This document shows positions 26,001 to 40,157 of a stretch of DNA of 64,000 bases, piece by piece. The first letter of the stretch is position 1. Every line of letters begins with the position of its first letter. The position numbers were made by a program, and so were the translations under genes. This stretch comes from Octopus sinensis (taxonomy: Eukaryota): positions 1-64,000 of the forward strand of contig NW_021835471.1 of the NCBI RefSeq assembly GCF_006345805.1, given 5' to 3'. Below the pieces are notes generated by a model. The model did not search any database and was not told the origin of the DNA. It worked only from the letters and a program-made list of their open reading frames with translations.

Positions 26001-28887
26001 CTTAGATTTGTAGGAACATTCTTGGACTTGTTGTAAAAAAAACACCAAGATTGGTTTGATGATAATGATGAAGAAGTTAATCTTATCTTAGATTAACTTA
26101 GATTATCTTAGATTTGTAGTAACATTCTTGGACTTGTTGTAAAAAAAACACCAAGATTGGTTTGATGATAATGATGAAGAAGTTAATCTTATCTTAGATT
26201 AACTTAGATTATCTTAGATTTGTAGTAACATTCTTGGACTTGTTGTAAAAAAACACCAAGATTGGTTTGATGATAATGATGAAGAAGTTAATCTTATCTT
26301 AGATTTACTTAGATTATCTTAGATTTGTAGTAACATTCTTGGACTTGTTGTAAAAAAAACACCAAGATTGGTTTGATGATAATGATGAAGAAGTTAATCT
26401 TATCTTAGATTAACTTAGATTATCTTAGATTTGTAGTAACATTCTTGGACTTGTTGTAAAAAAAACACCAAGATTGGTTTGATGATAATGATGAAGAAGT
26501 TAATCTTATCTTAGATTTACTTAGATTATCTTAGATTTGTAGTAACATTCTTGGACTTGTTGTAAAAAAAACACCAAGATTGGTTTGATGATAATGATGA
26601 AGAAGTTAATCTTATCTTAGATTTACTTAGATTATCTTAGATTTGTAGTAACATTCTTGGACTTGTTGTAAAAAAAAACACCAAGATTGGTTTGATGATA
26701 ATGATGAAGAAGTTAATCTTATCTTAGATTTACTTAGATTATCTTAGATTTGTAGTAACATTCTTGGATTTGTTGTAAAAAAAAACACCAAGATTGGTTT
26801 GATGATAATGATGAAGAAGTTAATCTTATCTTAGATTAACTTAGATTATCTTAGATTTGTAGTAACATTCTTGGACTTGTTGTAAAAAAAACACCAAGAT
26901 TGGTTTGATGATAATGATGAAGAAGTTAATCTTATCTTAGATTGACTTAGATTATCTTAGATTTGTAGTAACATTCTTGGATTTGTTGTAAAAATAAAAC
27001 ACCAAGATTGGTTTGATGATAATGATGAAGTTAATCTTATCTTAGATTGACTTAGATTATCTTAGATTTGTAGTAACATTCTTGGATTCGTTGTAAAAAT
27101 AAAACACCAAGATTGGTTTGATGATAATGATGAAGAAGTTAATCTTATCTTAGATTGACTTAGATTATCTTAGATTTGTAGTAACATTCTTGGATTTGTT
27201 GTAAAAAAAACACCAAGATTGGTTTGATGATAATGATGAAGAAGTTAATCTTATCTTAGATTGACTTAGATTATCTTAGATTTGTAGTAACATTCTTGGA
27301 CTTGTTGTAAAAAAAACACCAAGATTGGTTTGATGATAATGATGAAGAAGTTAATCTTATCTTAGATTTACTTAGATTATCTTAGATTTGTAGTAACATT
27401 CTTGGACTTGTTGTAAAAAAAAACACCAAGATTGGTTTGATGATAATGATGAAGAAGTTAATCTTATCTTAGATTTACTTAGATTATCTTAGATTTGTAG
27501 TAACATTCTTGGATTTGTTGTAAAAAAACACCAAGATTGGTTTGATGATAATGATGAAGAAGTTAATCTTATCTTAGATTTACTTAGATTATCTTAGATT
27601 TGTAGTAACATTCTTGGATTTGTTGTAAAAAAACACCAAGATTGGTTTGATGATAATGATGAAGAAGTTAATCTTATCTTAGATTAACTTAGATTATCTT
27701 AGATTTGTAGGAACATTCTTGGATTTGTTGTAAAAAAACACCAAGATTGGTTTGATGATAATGATGAAGAAGTTAATCTTATCTTAATTAGATTACTTAT
27801 CTTAGATTTGTAGTAACATTCTTGGATTTGTTGTAAAAAAACACCAAGATTGGTTTGATGATAATGATGAAGAAGTTAATCTTATCTTAGATTAACTTAG
27901 ATTATCTTAGATTTGTAGTAACATTCTTGGATTTGTTGTAAAAAAAAACACCAAGATTGGTTTGATGATAATGATGAAGAAGTTAATCTTATCTTAGATT
28001 AACTTAGATTATCTTAGATTTGTAGTAACATTCTTGGATTTGTTGTAAAAAAAACACCAAGATTGGTTTGATGATAATGATGATGAAGTTAATCTTATCT
28101 TAGATTAACTTAGATTACCTTAGATTATCTTAGATTTGTAGTAACATTCTTGGATTTGTTGTAAAAAAAACACCAAGATTGGTTTGATGATAATGATGAA
28201 GAAGTTAATCTTATCTTAGATTAACTTAGATTATCTTAGATTTGTAGTAACATTCTTGGATTTGTTGTAAAAAAAACACCAAGATTGGTTTGATGATAAT
28301 GATGAAGAAGTTAATCTTATCTTAGATTAACTTAGATTATCTTAGATTTGTAGTAACATTCTTGGATTTGTTGTAAAAAAAAACACCAAGATTGGTTTGA
28401 TGATAATGATGAAGAAGTTAATCTTATCTTAGATTAACTTAGATTATCTTAGATTTGTAGTAACATTCTTGGATTTGTTGTAAAAAAAACACCAAGATTG
28501 GTTTGATGATAATGATGAAGAAGTTAATCTTATCTTAGATTAACTTAGATTATCTTAGATTTGTAGTAACATTCTTGGATTTGTTGTAAAAAAAACACCA
28601 AGATTGGTTTGATGATAATGATGAAGAAGTTAATCTTATCTTAGATTAACTTAGATTATCTTAGATTTGTAGGAACATTCTTGGATTTGTTGTAAAAAAA
28701 ACACCAAGATTGGTTTGATGATAATGATGAAGAAGTTAATCTTATCTTAGATTATCTTAGATTAAGTTTTCTTTTCTTAGATTATCCTAGATTAAATTAA
28801 TCTGGATTTTTTGGATTTGCTGTAAAAAAACCAAGATTGGTTTGATGATAATAAAGAAGTTAATCTTATCTTTGATTAACTTAGATT
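14046..28887. repeat. Satellite array, ~106-bp monomer, roughly 140 copies (length/period)
   Basis: Monomer agattggtttgatgataatgatgaagaagttaatcttatcttagattaacttagattatcttagatttgtagtaacattcttggatttgttgtaaaaaaaacacca. Variable A-run and 10-bp ttagatt(aac/atc/tac/gac) subrepeats; degenerate monomers at both edges. Confidence 0.98.
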
Positions 28888-29074
28888 ATAATGTGCAAGT
28901 ATAAAGAAAGAATTAAAAACAAAGGACTCATTATATTGAATGTTTTTGATAATATCGAGTGGAAATGGCCCGGGGGGGGGGTGCTGCAGTTCCTCAGTGC
29001 CTCTACACAAGCTGCCACTGAAGAAATCACAAAATATAACATTTTTATGTCTCCGGTGTTCTATATATGGATTG

Positions 29075-29463
29075 TATTGGAAGCACACTGTCGGTCACGA
29101 CGACGAGGGTTCCGGTTGATCCGAATCAACGGAACAGCCTGCTTGTGAAATTAACATGTCAGTGGCTGAGCACTCCACACACGTGTACCTTTAACGTAGT
29201 TCTCGGGGTATATTCAGCGTGACACAGAGAGTGACAAGGCCGCCCTTTGAAATACAGGTACAACAGAAACAGGAAGTAAGAGTGAGAGAAAGTTTGTGGT
29301 GAAAGAGTACAGCAGCGGATCACCACCATCCCCTGCCGGAGCCTCGTGGAGCTTTTAGGTGTTTTCGCTCAATAAACACTCACAACGCCCGGTCTGGGAA
29401 TCGAAACCGCGATCCTACGACCGCGAGTCCGCTGCCCTAACCACTGGGCCATTGCGCCTCCAC
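29075..29463 (-). mobile_element. tRNA-derived SINE (family A), ~20 nt downstream of the Ig receptor stop codon
   Basis: Minus head gtggaggcgcaaTGGCCCAGTGG...GGTTTCGATTCC (A and B boxes); other copies at 41057-42205 (tandem) and 45012-45400. Confidence 0.85.
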
Positions 29464-29481
29464 TATATATATATAACATTC

Positions 29482-29693
29482 TTATGTCTTTGGTGGTCTA
29501 TATATAACATTCCTATGTCTCCAGTGTTCTATACAAGATGTGTAGTAGGTGACAAAAGTTTCCCTCATGTTGCAAGGGTTGTATCTGTATATGAAGAAGC
29601 AGATTATGAGAAGGATGACTACAAATCCAAGTAGGGAAAGGATAACAACAGCATAGACTGGTATGCGGGGTCTTGGTCCATTAGTTGTTTCAT
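29482..29693 (-). CDS. Ig receptor TM + cytoplasmic terminal exon: DETTNGPRPRIPVYAVVILSLLGFVVILLIICFFIYRYNPCNMRETFVTYYTSCIEHWRHRNVIYRPPKT*
   Basis: tttatcttttgcag acceptor, phase 1 matches the domain-3 donor; ~24-residue hydrophobic helix followed by R; TAA at 29482-29484. Confidence 0.85.
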
Positions 29694-29757
29694 CTGCAAA
29701 AGATAAACAATGAAACATGTACCTTTCGTTTTTTTAATAAAAGACAGATTTCTTTAT

Positions 29758-30862
29758 TAACCCTTTCGTTACTGTATTTATTTTGAGACACTCTGTGTTT
29801 CTTTCAATTACTTTAAATATAACAAAGAATTTAGTAAAATAACTTAGTTATCATTAAGCTAGTGTTAGGAACATAAATTGTGACTAAGGTTTGGTGGAAG
29901 ATTTTAATTCAGAACTTATGAAAACAAGACATTTGTACTCAGAGCCAGAGGTGGTTTCAGCCGGGTTGGTATCAAAAGGGTTAAGAATTGTTTCTCTATT
30001 ATATAATTTAACCCTTTTGTTACCATATTTCTGTTGAGATGCTCTGTGTTTCTTTCAATTACTTTAAATATAACAAAGAATTTAGTAAAATAACTTGGTT
30101 ATCATTAAGCTAGTGTTAGGAACATAAATTGTGACTAAGGTTTGGTGGAAGATTTTAATTCAGAACTTATGAAAACAAGACATTTGTACTCAGAGCCAGA
30201 GGTGGTTTCAGCCGGGTTGGTATCAAAAGGGTTAAGAATTGTTTCTCTATTATATAATTTAACCCTTTTGTTACCATATTTCTGTTGAGATGCTCTGTGT
30301 TTCTTTCAATTACTTTAAATATAACAAAGAATTTAGTAAAATAACTTGGTTATCATTAAGCTAGTGTTAGGAACATAAATTGTGACTAAGGTTTGGTGGA
30401 AGATTTTAATTCAGAACTTATGAAAACAAGACATTTGTATTACAGAGCCAAAGGTGGTTTCAGCCGGGTTGGTATCAAAAGGGTTAAGAATTGTTTCTCT
30501 ATTATATAATTTAACCCTTTTGTTACCATATTTCTGTTGAGATGCTCTGTGTTTCTTTCAATTAATTTTAAATATAACAAAGAATTTAGTAAAATAACTT
30601 AGTTACCATTAAGCTAGTGTTAGGAACATAAATTGTGACTAAGGTTTGGTGGAAGATTTTAATTCAGAACTTATGAAAACAAGACATTTGTACCACAGAG
30701 CCAAAGGTGGTTTCAGCCGGGTTGGTATCAAAAGGGTTAAGAATTGTTTCTCTATTATATAATTTAACCCTTTCGTTACCATATTTCTGTTGAGATGCTC
30801 TGTGTTTCTTTCAATTACTTTAAATATAACAAAGAATTTAGTAAAATAACTTAGTTATCATT
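29758..30862. mobile_element. Tandem array (~251-bp period, ~4.4 units) of a TTAA-flanked piggyBac-like MITE
   Basis: Units begin ttaaCCCTTTTGTTACCA and end TGGTATCAAAAGGGttaa; starts at ~29758, 30008, 30259, 30511 and 30764. Confidence 0.8.
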
Positions 30863-30864
30863 CA

Positions 30865-31950
30865 GATCGTCGGCTGCGGGGTCACTCCGAAAAGCTCTAT
30901 CTACGACGATTTCATCTCAATCGAAGGAGAGGGGCTTTCTCCGTCCGGGTTGCGGATCCGTGGAATAAGCTGCCAGACGAGATAGTGAAGATGCCGACGA
31001 CCGCTCAGTTCAAAGTCTCCCTTGACCAGAAATGGTCTGAACTCTTTGCATGAACACCCTCCCTGTACATAACTCCATGTCCCCTTACATGGCCTTGCTT
31101 TTGCTTTTTGAGCCAATAAAAATTGAATTGAATATATATATATATATATATATACATATATATATAAAGCTCTATCTACGACGATTTCATCTCAATTGAA
31201 GGAGAGGGGCTTTCTCCGTCTGGGTTGCGGATCCGTGGCATAAGCTGCTGGACGAGATAGTGAAGATGCCGACGACCGCTCAGTTCAAAGTCTCCCTTGA
31301 CCAGAAATGGTCTGAACTCTTTGCATGAACACCCTCCCTGTACATAACTCCATGTCCCCCTACATGACCTTGCTTTTGCTTTTTGAGCCAATAAAAATTG
31401 AATTGAATATATATATATATATATATATACATATATATATAAAGCTCTATCTACGACGATTTCATCTCAATTGAAGGAGAGGGGCTTTCTCCGTCTGGGT
31501 TGCGGATCCGTGGCATAAGCTGCTGGACGAGATAGTGAAGATGCCGACGACCGCTCGGTTCAAGGTCTCTCTAGACCAGAAATGGCCTGAACTCTTTGCA
31601 TGAACACCCTCCTTGTACATAACTCCATGTCCCCCTACATGGCCTTGCTTTTGCTTTTTGAGCCAATAAAAATTGAATTGAATTGAATTGAATATATATA
31701 TAAAGCTCTATCTGCAACGATTTCATCTCAATCAAAGGAGAGGGGCTTTCTCCGTCCGGGTTGCGGATCCATGGCATAAGCTGCCGGACGAGATAGTGAA
31801 GATGCTGACGACCGCTCGGTTCAAAGTCTCTCTTGACCAGAAATGGCCTGAACTCTTTGCATGAACACCCTCCCTGTACATAACTCCATGTCCCCCTACA
31901 TGACCTTGCTTTTTGCTTTTTGAGCCCAAAAATTAACTTAACTTAATTTA
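30865..31950 (+). mobile_element. Four head-to-tail copies (~270 bp) of the CR1 3' end
   Basis: Each unit aagctctatct...gagcc encodes KLYLRRFHLNRRRGAFSVRVADPW; separated by (AATTG)n/(AT)n. Confidence 0.88.
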
Positions 31951-32069
31951 GCTAGTCTTACGAATATAATATAAGTGGGACATGGAGAGATTCCCATTTG
32001 GTGTATGCAGCAGAATGTATGAAACATGCTTGATTTATGTTGGTTGTCCAACAGAACAATTAAACAAAA

Positions 32070-33575
<1,506 letters not shown>

Positions 33576-34058
33576 CAAAATGCACGAGGAGAAATAATTA
33601 ACAACATGCCCTGGAGGATTGAATAAAATAATAGGAGAATGTCATTAAATTTACACAAAACTATTTGGTTAAATATCATTTTCCTTTTACCTTTTCCTTT
33701 TTTCTTTCCTCTTTTTTACTCTCTATTTTACTGTCTTTTTCTTTTCACCAATTATAAAATTGGAACTTAAAGACTCATGCTGTCATTCCATCAACATATG
33801 GACACTGCTTGAGCTTGTTCATACTTTAGATATGAATTTCTATCACTTTTACTTTGAACTTGACAAAGAGAGGCTTGCTGTCGGAATATCATTCAACCAT
33901 TAAATATTATTAATATCATTATTATTATTATTATTAATTATATTATTATTATTATTATATTATTATTAATATTATATCATTATTATTGTTATATTATTAT
34001 TATTATTATCATTATCATTATTATCATCATCATTATTATTATCATCATTATCATCATT

Positions 34059-34093
<35 letters not shown>

Positions 34094-34101
34094 TTATTAT
34101 A

Positions 34102-34159
<58 letters not shown>

Positions 34160-34191
34160 TATTATTATTATTTATTATTATTATCATTATT

Positions 34192-34244
<53 letters not shown>

Positions 34245-34369
34245 TATTATTATTATTTATTATTATTATCATTATTATTATCATTATCATTATTATTATC
34301 ATTATCATTATCATTATTATTATCATTATTATTATCATCATCATCATCATTATTATTATATTATTATTA

Positions 34370-34408
<39 letters not shown>

Positions 34409-34588
34409 CATTATTATTATCATTATCATTATTATTATCATCATTATTATTATTATATATATTATTATTATCATTATTATTATTATTATCATCATTATCA
34501 TTATCATTATTATCATCATTATCATTATTATTATTATTATCATTATCGTTATTATTATTATTATTATTAGCAAAAGTAATTCACTTAC

Positions 34589-34837
34589 CTTTTATCTTTA
34601 AGGAATAATTTCCAGAGCAGAGATACAAGTCACAAAAATACCAAGTCAAATCTTGTTTGGTGACATTTCGGATCAAAAGCTTCGATGAGTTACCATTTTG
34701 TGTAACTTCATGGTTACTACGATTATAACAAGTCATATCACATTCATATCTTCCATAGTCATTTTTCCAGCCAACTATTCTTTTCATCCCGGCTACTTCA
34801 ATATGAAGTGTGACACTGCCCCCTAATGCAACTGGTC
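34589..34837 (-). CDS. Ig receptor domain 3 main exon (249 nt): GPVALGGSVTLHIEVAGMKRIVGWKNDYGRYECDMTCYNRSNHEVTQNGNSSKLLIRNVTKQDLTWYFCDLYLCSGNYSLKIK
   Basis: ctttttatttcag acceptor, G|gtaagt donor, phase 1-1. LLIRNVTKQDLTWYFC has the exact spacing of the Ig motif LxIxxVxxxDxxxYxC. Confidence 0.9.
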
Positions 34838-35902
34838 CTGAAATAAAAAGACAAATCAATATTATTGATTGGTTTTCCATATGAAAGATTTCATCATCAT
34901 TGCCATTTTAACACCTACTTTTCCTTGCTTGGGAGCAGAGTTTTCTTTGTATACGACTGGACACTCTTCCTGGCCTAATACTCTTTGTACTCTTTTACTT
35001 GTTTCAGTCATTTTGACTGCGGCCATGCTGGAGCACCGCCTTTAATCGAGCAACTCAACCCCGGGACTTATTCTTTTGTAAGCCCAGTACTTATTCTATC
35101 GGTCTCCTTTGCCAAACCGCTAAGTAACGGGACATAAACACACCAGCATCGGTTGTCAAGCAATGCTAGGGGGACAAACACAGACACACAAACACACACA
35201 TACATATATATATATATATACACATATATACGACAGGCTTCTTTCAGTTTCCGTCTACCAAATCCACTTACAAGGCTTTGGTCGGCCCGAGGCTATAGCA
35301 GAAGACACTTGCCCAAGATGCCACACAGTGGGACTAAACCCGGAACCATGAGGTTGGTTAGCAAGCTACTTACCACACAGCCACTCCTATGCCTACATAT
35401 ATATATATATATATAATATACGACAGGCTTCTTTCAGTTTCCATCTACCAAATCCACTCACAAGGCATTGGTTGCCCGGGGCTATAGCAGAAGACACTTG
35501 CCCAAGATGCCACGCAGTGGGACTGAACCCGGAACCATGAGGTTGGTTAGCAAGCTACTTACCACACAGCCACTTCTGCACCTAATATGTCAGTCTATTG
35601 AGTAACAAGGTGCCTAGACATGTTTTACCAAGTGAACTGGAAATAAAGGACACCATATAAATGGGCCTTTTGTTTACTAGGATTTTGCCAAGTAAGATAC
35701 AACCTCGTCACTGTAAACCAAGCTGAACAGAAAGGTGTCACATTAACAACTGGTGTAGCAGCATTGTAGTCAGATGTTACAAGTGTAAAGGAGATGCCTT
35801 CAACCCAGTGGAACAGGTCAAGAAAGTTACAGAGAGAGTTAAAGCCCAATTAATTAAAAACAGAATTAGATGGATCCTTAATAATTATCCAACTGATGCC
35901 AG

Positions 35903-35904
<2 letters not shown>

Positions 35905-35933
<29 letters not shown>

Positions 35934-36410
35934 GTTTAACGTCCGTTCTCCATGCTAGCATGGGTTGGACGGGTCGACGGGGATCTGGGAAGCCAGGAGG
36001 CTGCACCAGGCTCCAGTCTGATCAGGCAGTGTTTCTACAGCTGGATGCCCTTCCTAATGCCAACCACTCCGAGAGTGTAGTGGGTGCTTTTTACGTGCCA
36101 CCGGCACAGGTGCAAGGTGAGGCTGGCAATGGCCACGAATCAGATTGGTGCTTTTTACATGCCACCAGCACGGAAGCCAGTCAAGGCGGCGCTGGCATCG
36201 GCCACATTCGGATGGTACTTTTTACATGCCACCGGCACAAAAGCCAGTCAAGGCGGCGCTGGCATCGGCCACATTCGGATGGTACTTTTTACATGCCACC
36301 GGCACAAAAGCCAGTCAAGGCGGCGCTGGCATCGGCCACATTCGGATGGTACTTTTTACATGCCACCGGCACAAAAGCCAGTCAAGGCGGCGCTGGCATC
36401 GAGGCCATTA
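35905..36410 (-). mobile_element. RTE 3' UTR/tail copy with ~60-bp internal tandem repeats
   Basis: (CAT)n, cgtttaacgtccg and repeated ggcgctggcatcggccacattcggatgg. Confidence 0.8.
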
Positions 36411-36439
36411 AATGGTGATGGTTATTTTTTATGATCTCC

Positions 36440-37400
36440 AAAGGAAACATCATAAGCAGAAAGTGTAACCTCTCGAAAGAGCTGTTCTTCACTCCTGTTC
36501 CAGAGCGTAGGCTGCGGGGTCATTCTGAAAAGCTCTATGTGTGACGATTTCATCTCAATCGAAGGAGAGGGGCTTTCTCCGTCTGGATTGCGGATCCGTG
36601 GAATAAGCTGCTGGACGAGATAGTGAAGATGCCGACAACCGCTCAGTTCAAGGTCTCTCTGGACCAGAAATGGCCTGAACTCTTTGCATGAACACTCTTC
36701 CTGTACATAACTCCATGTCCCCCTACATGGCCTTGCTTTTGCTTTTTGAGCCAATAAAAATTGAATTGAATTGAATTGAATATATATATATATATATATA
36801 AAGCTCTATCTACAACGATTTCATCTCAATCGAAAGAGAGGGGCTTTCTCTGTCCGGGTTGCGGATCCGTGGAATAAGCTGCCGGACGAGATAGTGAAGA
36901 TGCCGACGACCGCTCGGTTCAAGGTCTCCCTTGACCACAAATGGCCTGAACTCTTTGCATGAACACCCTCCCTGTACATAACTCCATGTCCCTCTACATG
37001 GCCTTGCTTTTTGCTTTTTGAGCCAAAAAATTAACTCAACTTAACTTAACTAACCTGTACAGCTAAGCGCTTTATAAATGCAAGACTGATGGTAAATGAC
37101 CATAACAAATGACCTTCTAAATATAAATATAGGCATAGGGGTGGCTGTGTGGTAAGACGCTTGACCATTATTCTCTATAGAGGGGCTTTCTCCGTCCGGG
37201 TTGCGGATCCGTGGAATAAGCTGCCGGACGAGATAGTGAAGATGCCGACGACTGCTCGGTTCAAAGTCTCCTTGACCAGAAATGGCCTGAACTCTTTGCA
37301 TGAACACCCTCCCTGTACTTAACTCCATGTCCCCCTACATGGTCTTGCTTTTTGCTTTTTGAGCCAAATAATTAACTTAACTTAACTTAACTTAACTTGA
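36440..37400 (+). mobile_element. Second cluster of CR1 3' end copies (three units)
   Basis: Same unit sequence and tails as 30865-31950. Confidence 0.85.
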
Positions 37401-37525
37401 GCTGATCAGAGAAAGGTTTTAAAAAATGGTTAAAAACTATGATTTAAGAGAATGAAATAGAAGGCAGAATTGAAAAGATAGGGTCTAGTATAAAAGAGGG
37501 AAAAAAGGTTTGTCAATCTATTTAC

Positions 37526-37564
37526 CATTTTGAGTAATTTTGTATATTTCTGTTCTTGTTGAAC
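37526..37564 (-). CDS. Ig receptor micro-exon 3 (39 nt): (S)STRTEIYKITQN
   Basis: ttttcttctttttcag|...AAATG|gtaaat, phase 1-1, open frame, inside a conserved intronic block present three times. Confidence 0.8.
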
Positions 37565-37694
37565 CTGAAAAAGAAGAAAACAAAAATTTTTCATTTTCAG
37601 ATTTTACATTTGATCATCAGGATTGATTGCAGTTTATGTTACAATGATTGCATAATTATATGTATATAGTGGCAGTTAGAGTGAAGGCATTGAA

Positions 37695-38452
37695 CCACCA
37701 CCACCATCACCACCACCACCAAAACCACCACCACAACTACCAACACCGCCGCCACCTCCACTGCCACAACCATCAACACCACCACTACTACCAAAACCAA
37801 CACCACCACCACCAAAACTACCACCACTAAAACCATCACCACCACCAAAACCACCACCACTAAAACCATCACCACCACCAAAACCACCACCACTAAAACC
37901 ATCACCACCACCAAAACCACCACCACTAAAACCATCACCACCACCAAAACCACCACCACTAAAGCCATCACCACCACTAAAGCCACCACCACCACCACCA
38001 CCACTAAAACCATCACCACCATCAAAACCACCACCACCACCAAAACCACCACCACTAAAGCCATCACCACCACCACCAAAACCACCACCACTAAAACCAC
38101 CACCACCACCACCACCACCACAAAACCACCACCACTAAAACCATCACCACCACTAAAACCACCACCACCACCACCAAAACCACCACCGCTAAAGCCATCA
38201 CCACCACTAAAACCACCACCACCACTAAAACCATTACCACCACTAAAACCACCACCACCACCACCACCACCAAAACCACCACCACCACTAAAACCACCAC
38301 CACCACACCACCACCACTAAAACCACCACCACCACCACTACCAAAACCACCACCACCACCACCACCACTAAAACCATCACCTCCACTGCCACAACCATCA
38401 CTAAAACCACCACCGCTGCTGCCACCTCCACTGCCACCACCACCACCACCAT
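37695..38452. repeat. (ACC)-rich minisatellite with ~30-bp higher-order unit accaccactaaaaccatcaccaccaccaaa
   Basis: Directly visible; intronic. Confidence 0.9.
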
Positions 38453-38456
38453 CAGG

Positions 38457-38732
38457 ATTGTTAGCATGCTGGACGAAATGCTTAGCGGTATTTTGCCTGT
38501 CGCTACATTCTGAGTTCCATATTTCGCTGAGGTCAACTTTACCGTTCATCCTTCTGGGGTCAATTAATTAAGTACCAGTTGAGTACTGTGGTTGATATAA
38601 TCGACTATGCCCCCTCCCTTCAATTTCAGGCCTTGTGCCTATAACAGAAAGGTTTATCATTATTATCATTATCATTATATTATTATTATATTATTATTAT
38701 TATTATTATTATCATTAATTATTATTATCATA

Positions 38733-38764
<32 letters not shown>

Positions 38765-38766
38765 CA

Positions 38767-38815
<49 letters not shown>

Positions 38816-38876
38816 TATCATTATTATTAATTATTAATTATTATTATTATCATTATTATTAATTATTATTATCATA

Positions 38877-38956
<80 letters not shown>

Positions 38957-39080
38957 TATCATTAATTATTATGAATTATTATTATCATTATGATGAATTA
39001 TTATTATTATTATTATTATCATCAATTATCATCATTATCATTATTATTATATTATTATATTATTATCATTATTAATTATT

Positions 39081-39112
<32 letters not shown>

Positions 39113-39142
39113 CATTATCATTATTAATTATTATCATTATCA

Positions 39143-39176
<34 letters not shown>

Positions 39177-39203
39177 TATTATTATCATTATATTATTATC
39201 ATA

Positions 39204-39235
<32 letters not shown>

Positions 39236-39237
39236 CA

Positions 39238-39286
<49 letters not shown>

Positions 39287-39350
39287 TATATATTATTATT
39301 ATATTATTATATTATTATTATTATCATTATTATTAATTATTATTATCATA

Positions 39351-39385
<35 letters not shown>

Positions 39386-39522
39386 CATTATTATTATATT
39401 ATTATTATTATTATATTATCATTATCATTATTATCATTAATTATTATGAATTATTATTATCATTATGATGAATTATTATTATTATATTATTATTATTATT
39501 ATTATTATTATCATCAATTATC

Positions 39523-39554
<32 letters not shown>

Positions 39555-39571
39555 TATCATTATTAATTATT

Positions 39572-39603
<32 letters not shown>

Positions 39604-39714
39604 CATTATCATTATTAATTATTATCATTATCATTATTATTATAATTATTATTATTATTATTATTATCATTATTATTATTATTATTATATTATTATTATT
39701 ATTATTATTATCAC

Positions 39715-39753
<39 letters not shown>
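38457..39753 (-). repeat. Inverted copy of the same SINE variant (38507-38658 shared core) followed by ~1.1 kb (ATT)n
   Basis: Its reverse complement shares diagnostic variants (gataaacctttctgttatagg, gatgaacgg, gttgacctcagcgaaat) with 33311-33461 and 40721-40872. Confidence 0.9.
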
Positions 39754-39768
39754 AAATCATTTCCTTAC

Positions 39769-40017
39769 TGTGTATCTTCAAATCAAATTTTTCATAGTTG
39801 AGGTTGTCTTCTTCAAATTTCCAAGTCAATCGTTCCTTTGTTACGTTTCGGATCCAAAGAGTCGATATATCTCCCTTCTGCGTCACTCTGTATTCGGCGC
39901 TGTTAGCGCATGTCCGATCACATTCGTATTTATAATTGTTGTATTTCCAAACGGTCGGTCTTTTCATGTTTGGTATTTCAACCTGTAGAGTAGAGCTTAC
40001 ACTGAGGGCACCATTAT
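39769..40017 (-). CDS. Ig receptor domain 2 main exon (249 nt): DNGALSVSSTLQVEIPNMKRPTVWKYNNYKYECDRTCANSAEYRVTQKGDISTLWIRNVTKERLTWKFEEDNLNYEKFDLKIH
   Basis: ctttatttcag acceptor, A|gtaagg donor, phase 1-1. 42/83 residues identical to domain 1 by hand count; donor flank tataaatcatttccttac is shared with domain 1. Confidence 0.9.
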
Positions 40018-40070
40018 CTGAAATAAAGAAACCAGGTAAAATGTTTACTTTTCTACCACATGGATCCAGG

Positions 40071-40121
40071 TTTAATGGGCGCAGATTTGACGTCAGGCAC
40101 AGTAATTCATAATAATTAATG

Positions 40122-40157
<36 letters not shown>

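Noticed and set aside
14046-28887. CRISPR-like or coding repeat array
   Set aside because: No unique spacers, stop codons in every monomer, eukaryotic context; it is a satellite.
29400-29463. tRNA genes (also 45810-45880 and other SINE heads)
   Set aside because: A/B boxes are present but continue into SINE bodies found in many copies; not independent tRNA genes.
35625-35849. 74-aa minus-strand ORF in unique sequence
   Set aside because: No clear splice sites or motif and no similarity to the Ig exons; possibly an old TE remnant.
37639-38549. Thr/Lys-rich repeat resembling a mucin stalk exon, or Gly/Val-rich ORFs
   Set aside because: The Thr-rich reading is antisense to the receptor gene, no convincing splice sites bound it, and it is a simple ACC minisatellite.
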